Source: an uncultured virus (IMG/VR IMGVR_UViG_3300034157_000062) (Duplodnaviria; Heunggongvirae; Uroviricota; Caudoviricetes). From it: a DNA stretch of 64,000 nt. Positions within the stretch are counted from its first letter, which is position 1. Each line of letters starts with the position of its first letter. Positions 60,361-64,000 of the stretch are shown here, piece by piece. Location of the stretch: the IMG/VR virus record IMGVR_UViG_3300034157_000062; one strand, given 5' to 3'. The notes below the pieces were generated by a model that saw only the letters and a program-made list of their open reading frames with translations, did not search any database and was not told the origin of the DNA. The translations under genes and the position numbers were made by a program.

Positions 60361-60389
60361 ATCTTAAAGCAATTTAAACAAAAAATCAA
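60361..60389 (-). promoter_or_regulatory. sigma70 promoter feeding the start-stop leader
   Basis: TTGATT-17-TAAGAT. Confidence 0.6.
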
Positions 60390-60390
60390 G

Positions 60391-61422
60391 TTAAAAATTC
60401 AACATTGCTACTAAATCAAAGAAGGCTTGCGGATTGTCTTCTAATTCATCTAATTCCAACTCAATTTCGTATTTTTCAAAATACTTTTTAAACTGATAAT
60501 GGAAGATAATCTTTTTGAAGAATTCTTTTGAGTAAGATTTTTTCAAACGAAGATAACCATGTGGTGTCATTGATATAGCATAGTAAGCAGGTTTCTTTAA
60601 AAATTCAAAGTTTCTGATTTCAATCGTGAAATGTTTATAACCCGATTGTTTTATGTAACGCTCGTTAAATTTTTTAAGAACAATGGTACCATCTTTCTCT
60701 TTTACCTTCTTTTCATAAACGTCAGACTGTTGTAAACGAACTTCAAGTTTTAAATTAGGTATCAACTCTCCATTTGAACCAATTTTGAATTCTTCTTTCT
60801 GAGCAATTTCAACGATAAAATTGATAGAATTTTTAATAAAATAGTTTAATGTTCGACTGTTTTGTTTTCTGGGTGGCGATAATTCAACCTCACCATATTG
60901 AGAAAAGACATCAATGATTTCTTTAATACAGTGATCCGCAATCGGTTTTATTTGTTCATCAAATATTTTTCTATGTTCATTAGCTTTATTGTGTTTGTAT
61001 TTGGTCATATAATCGAGTGTTATATTATAATTATATTCAGGAATTAAATCAGAACGGTAAGTAGACTTGAATACGTCCTTAGCTAACAAAATATTTGGAC
61101 TTGATGCTAGTTGTTCTTTTAATCCATAAATTCTAGACGTTGGAAATTTACTGTGGTTTTTATTAACAATGAAAGAATGACTTATATATTCTTTCTTTTC
61201 GTCTTCAGCGGTAGGATTAAATGTAACCATATTTTTGTTGGCTGATGTCACAAATAAGAAATCTTCTGTTATTTGAACAGAGGCTTTGGGAATAAGAAAG
61301 TCACGATTTTTACTTGTTTCATACAAGCTTTTAAATATGCTTAATGCATTAACTCCAACAGGTGAATTCTTCCAATCACTGGGTGTTAGCTTGCTTAATT
61401 TTTCAAATTCAATAAAATACAT
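60391..61422 (-). CDS. Hypothetical protein with C-terminal MxxF tag
   Basis: Ends FFDLVAMLNF. Confidence 0.72.
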   Translation of the reverse strand: MYFIEFEKLSKLTPSDWKNSPVGVNALSIFKSLYETSKNRDFLIPKASVQITEDFLFVTSANKNMVTFNPTAEDEKKEYISHSFIVNKNHSKFPTSRIYGLKEQLASSPNILLAKDVFKSTYRSDLIPEYNYNITLDYMTKYKHNKANEHRKIFDEQIKPIADHCIKEIIDVFSQYGEVELSPPRKQNSRTLNYFIKNSINFIVEIAQKEEFKIGSNGELIPNLKLEVRLQQSDVYEKKVKEKDGTIVLKKFNERYIKQSGYKHFTIEIRNFEFLKKPAYYAISMTPHGYLRLKKSYSKEFFKKIIFHYQFKKYFEKYEIELELDELEDNPQAFFDLVAMLNF

Positions 61423-61425
61423 AAG

Positions 61426-62187
61426 TTAAACTCTCCACATGTCGTATACCATTTTGTATCTGTCGAAGTTGTTCTGAAAATCTTCCAGACTTACCTCTAT
61501 ACCTATTTTTTTAGTCATTTTTTTGTACAATCTTGTATAAATACAGTTTTCTACAAATTTATCCCTATTTTCTTCTGTTGACGCCACTTCAATTTGTTTT
61601 AATGGGTTTAATAATTCTAAACCTTCCACATCACTTGTTAAAAAAAACATTCTTGCATTGTAAACATACAGTTCACTGTACATAAACTCTATTAATCTGT
61701 CTGTCTCAACATGATAATAGAAACGCGATTCAGTTAAGTTTGTATAGGTTATTCTTTTACCATCAATATTAAAAGGAACATACATGTTCACTCTGGTTAA
61801 GTAAGCTGTATCTTTTTTATCTTTTAACCGAACCTTTGATGTATTTAGACTTCTCACATCTTCAAGATTAAAACAACCTAATTCTACCAATTTGTTAACA
61901 TAGACTTCACGTAGCTCTCTACATTTTTTAGCATAGTCTTTAATTTGTAAAAAATTATTGGGTGCCCATTTTTCAGCACTCTCTCTTTTGAAATCTTCAT
62001 TATCCAGTTCTAATAGACAACTTCCATCTGGTAAATATTTTTGTGTATTAACATAGGCAATTCTATCGCCGTTGTTGTTATTAAGAACCAAAATTAAATC
62101 ACTACTGTTTGCTTTTTTAACATACATTGAATGATTAGGCGTAGGATCTTTTTTCAGTATAAATTTACTCATTATTAGACCTTCCAC
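61426..62187 (-). CDS. Family D paralog; C-terminal DMxxV tag
   Basis: LPxGxCLLEL, YTNLT, KKIGI; ends YDMWRV. Confidence 0.78.
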   Translation of the reverse strand: MEGLIMSKFILKKDPTPNHSMYVKKANSSDLILVLNNNNGDRIAYVNTQKYLPDGSCLLELDNEDFKRESAEKWAPNNFLQIKDYAKKCRELREVYVNKLVELGCFNLEDVRSLNTSKVRLKDKKDTAYLTRVNMYVPFNIDGKRITYTNLTESRFYYHVETDRLIEFMYSELYVYNARMFFLTSDVEGLELLNPLKQIEVASTEENRDKFVENCIYTRLYKKMTKKIGIEVSLEDFQNNFDRYKMVYDMWRV

Positions 62188-62897
62188 ATGTCATAAATAG
62201 CTTTATAACTATCGAAGTTCTTTTGAAAATCATTCATATCAACGTCTATTCCTATTTTTTTAGTGATTCTTTTATGTAGTCTTTCGTTAATGCATGTATG
62301 TAACATCTCATCTTGCGTTTCTTTTGGATAAGCGACTTCTACACTTTTTAATAGCTTACAGAACTCTAATCCTTCAAAGTCACTACTGAGAAAAGTCATC
62401 TTGGCGTTGTAAACAAATAATTCAACACATACAAACTCTATAATCAGATCTAACTGAATGTGGTAAAACATTTTATTCAGTGTAAGGTTTGTATATATCT
62501 TTTTAACGCCATTGAAGTCAAATGGCACTCTCATTACTGTTTTTTCTAAATATTCTTCTTCTGTAATACTGTCAGCGTGATACAGTTTGGATATTTCACC
62601 CATATCAATACAACCCATTTCAATGAGTTTATTCAAATAAACTTTTCTAATTTTTTTATTCTTTTCATATTTACCTTGAACCAATGAGACATATTTTTTT
62701 CCTAATTGTCTAGTTTGCTTTGCTTGGGGAATATCCATTTCTAATTCAAGTAGACAATTTCCATTAGGCAACCATTTTTCAGAAATCGTTCTAGCAATTT
62801 GCACAGATTGTTTATCATCAGTCGCATGGTTAAGGTATAAGCCACCTACGCTGCTACTGTATGGAAATTTATCCTCTCTAAAACTAAATCTATTCAT
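62175..62897 (-). CDS. Family D paralog; C-terminal DMxxV tag
   Basis: Same motifs; ends YDMWKV. Confidence 0.78.
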   Translation of the reverse strand: MNRFSFREDKFPYSSSVGGLYLNHATDDKQSVQIARTISEKWLPNGNCLLELEMDIPQAKQTRQLGKKYVSLVQGKYEKNKKIRKVYLNKLIEMGCIDMGEISKLYHADSITEEEYLEKTVMRVPFDFNGVKKIYTNLTLNKMFYHIQLDLIIEFVCVELFVYNAKMTFLSSDFEGLEFCKLLKSVEVAYPKETQDEMLHTCINERLHKRITKKIGIDVDMNDFQKNFDSYKAIYDMWKV

Positions 62898-63024
62898 TAA
62901 GCAAACTCCTTAAATGTCCATTATTATACATTAATGTAGAAGGCAAGTCAAACTAATAGGTTTTCTTGTTTGACTTTTTTTATATTTGTAGTAAATTATT
63001 TTCATTAATAATGGTATATATTAC

Positions 63025-63618
63025 ATGAAAAAAATACAAGACTATTTGAAACAATCTTATGAGAATTCCGTTAATAAAGGTTGGTATGAAAGACCCACTA
63101 CATCTATTGAACGATTTGCTTTAATGTTATCAGAAATTTCAGAAGCGACTGAGGAAGTTCGCTCATCGAAAGAAGATTTCTATCTCGTAGATGGCAAACC
63201 AGAAGGCCAGTCAGTTGAGCTAGTGGATGTCTTAATTCGTATATTTGACTACTCAGGTTATGCGAATGTCAACTTCTCTAAGTTCTTAGAGACTCAATTT
63301 TTTGTATCCTTCAATCCGATTAATACGATTAATGATTTAATGGTTGAAGTTGCTCAGTTGAATAACATACGTTGTTATGAAGAATTGCAAGATTTACACA
63401 GTGACTTAGAATTTCATATATCAGTGGCTATCTCCATTTGTGACGCTGCAAAATCACACATGAAAAAAACTGAGAAAGAGTTCTTGTTTTTAGCTGAAAC
63501 AGTGGTTAAAATAGCTTACTTCTTCCGTAAGAAAGGTTGGAATATGACAGAAATTCTTGATATTAAACATGAATATAATGTGAGCCGCCCACATAAACAT
63601 GGTGGAAAAGTTTGTTAG
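63025..63618 (+). CDS. MazG-like nucleotide pyrophosphohydrolase
   Basis: SEISEATEE, VELVDVLIRIFD, KHEYNVSRPHKHGGK. Confidence 0.8.
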   Translation: MKKIQDYLKQSYENSVNKGWYERPTTSIERFALMLSEISEATEEVRSSKEDFYLVDGKPEGQSVELVDVLIRIFDYSGYANVNFSKFLETQFFVSFNPINTINDLMVEVAQLNNIRCYEELQDLHSDLEFHISVAISICDAAKSHMKKTEKEFLFLAETVVKIAYFFRKKGWNMTEILDIKHEYNVSRPHKHGGKVC

Positions 63619-63631
63619 GAGTAAATAAAAA

Positions 63632-64000
63632 ATGAATAAAATGATAATAGGTGCTGTGTTGTGTAGTTCTTTACTATTAGGAGCTTGTTCTAGTCATCAA
63701 GCCACTACACCACCTGCTTTTCTGCTTGAAGATAATGTGACGATGAGTGTTGTGACAGATTATCAAGAGAAAGAATTGACCCAACGATTAAGTAATAAGT
63801 GGGAAATCGCTAAAAACTCAACGAGTTTGGTATTAACGGTGAGTGATTTAGATGTTTTTGAAAGTGATAATGAAACCATAAAACCATCCATAATAAAAGA
63901 CTTGGATGTTATTGCTGACATGGTTGTGATTTCTCCACATAGCCAGTTGAAAATTGTATCGCATACTGATAATCAACTTGAATTCTATGCTGGATTAGTT
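63632..64000 (+). CDS. OmpA-family lipoprotein (3' truncated by window edge)
   Basis: AGGAG SD; lipobox LLGAC; VFESDNETIKP...LDVIA...LKIVSHTDN. Confidence 0.7.
   Translation, partial: MNKMIIGAVLCSSLLLGACSSHQATTPPAFLLEDNVTMSVVTDYQEKELTQRLSNKWEIAKNSTSLVLTVSDLDVFESDNETIKPSIIKDLDVIADMVVISPHSQLKIVSHTDNQLEFYAGLV

Noticed and set aside
1..64000. Genome-wide TAG reassignment (genetic code 15) as the explanation of the in-frame ambers
   Set aside because: Long genes are intact in code 11, and TAG ends genes exactly after the conserved MxxI terminus (12007, 18724). It acts as a normal stop in this window.
1..64000. CRISPR arrays, tRNAs, rRNA, transposases or integrases
   Set aside because: No regularly spaced repeats, cloverleafs or recombinase motifs seen by eye. 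A tRNAscan/Infernal run would be needed to exclude them fully.

Overview
AT-rich (roughly 30% GC by eye), gene-dense segment with genes on both strands, near-consensus sigma70 promoters, GGAG Shine-Dalgarno (SD) sites and short, often bidirectional intrinsic terminators. It carries scattered, non-operonic host-like genes: IleRS, ClpA, a CoaD-CoaE fusion, a sirtuin, SufE, MsrA, YqeY, an MFS-acyltransferase, Ogt, dCMP deaminase, two MazG-like pyrophosphatases and a Pnkp-like RNA repair enzyme. These lie among tandem arrays of orphan paralogs. That layout fits a jumbo/huge phage or another giant extrachromosomal element of a Gammaproteobacterium (inference; no virion, replication, rRNA, tRNA or CRISPR features are visible here). 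The main signal is a set of translation-sensing switches that the ORF track misses. (1) A Pth2 peptidyl-tRNA hydrolase gene and an HD-domain gene in one operon both start SD-ATG and hit an in-frame TAG at codon 3-4, in an identical 13-nt context (TG TAG ATT GAT AA). This suggests programmed amber-readthrough gating. (2) A ~145-nt hairpin leader has an SD-led AUG-UAA start-stop bulging from the helix that hides the next gene's SD. (3) A complete Ile4 leader-peptide attenuator lies in front of ileS. (4) An ArfA-like gene has an internal 3' hairpin. Separately, 18-19 proteins from about 8 unrelated families share a C-terminal M-x-x-hydrophobic-COOH tag, and a promoter- and terminator-bounded ~85-nt sRNA with (AAU)5 lies near the window start.
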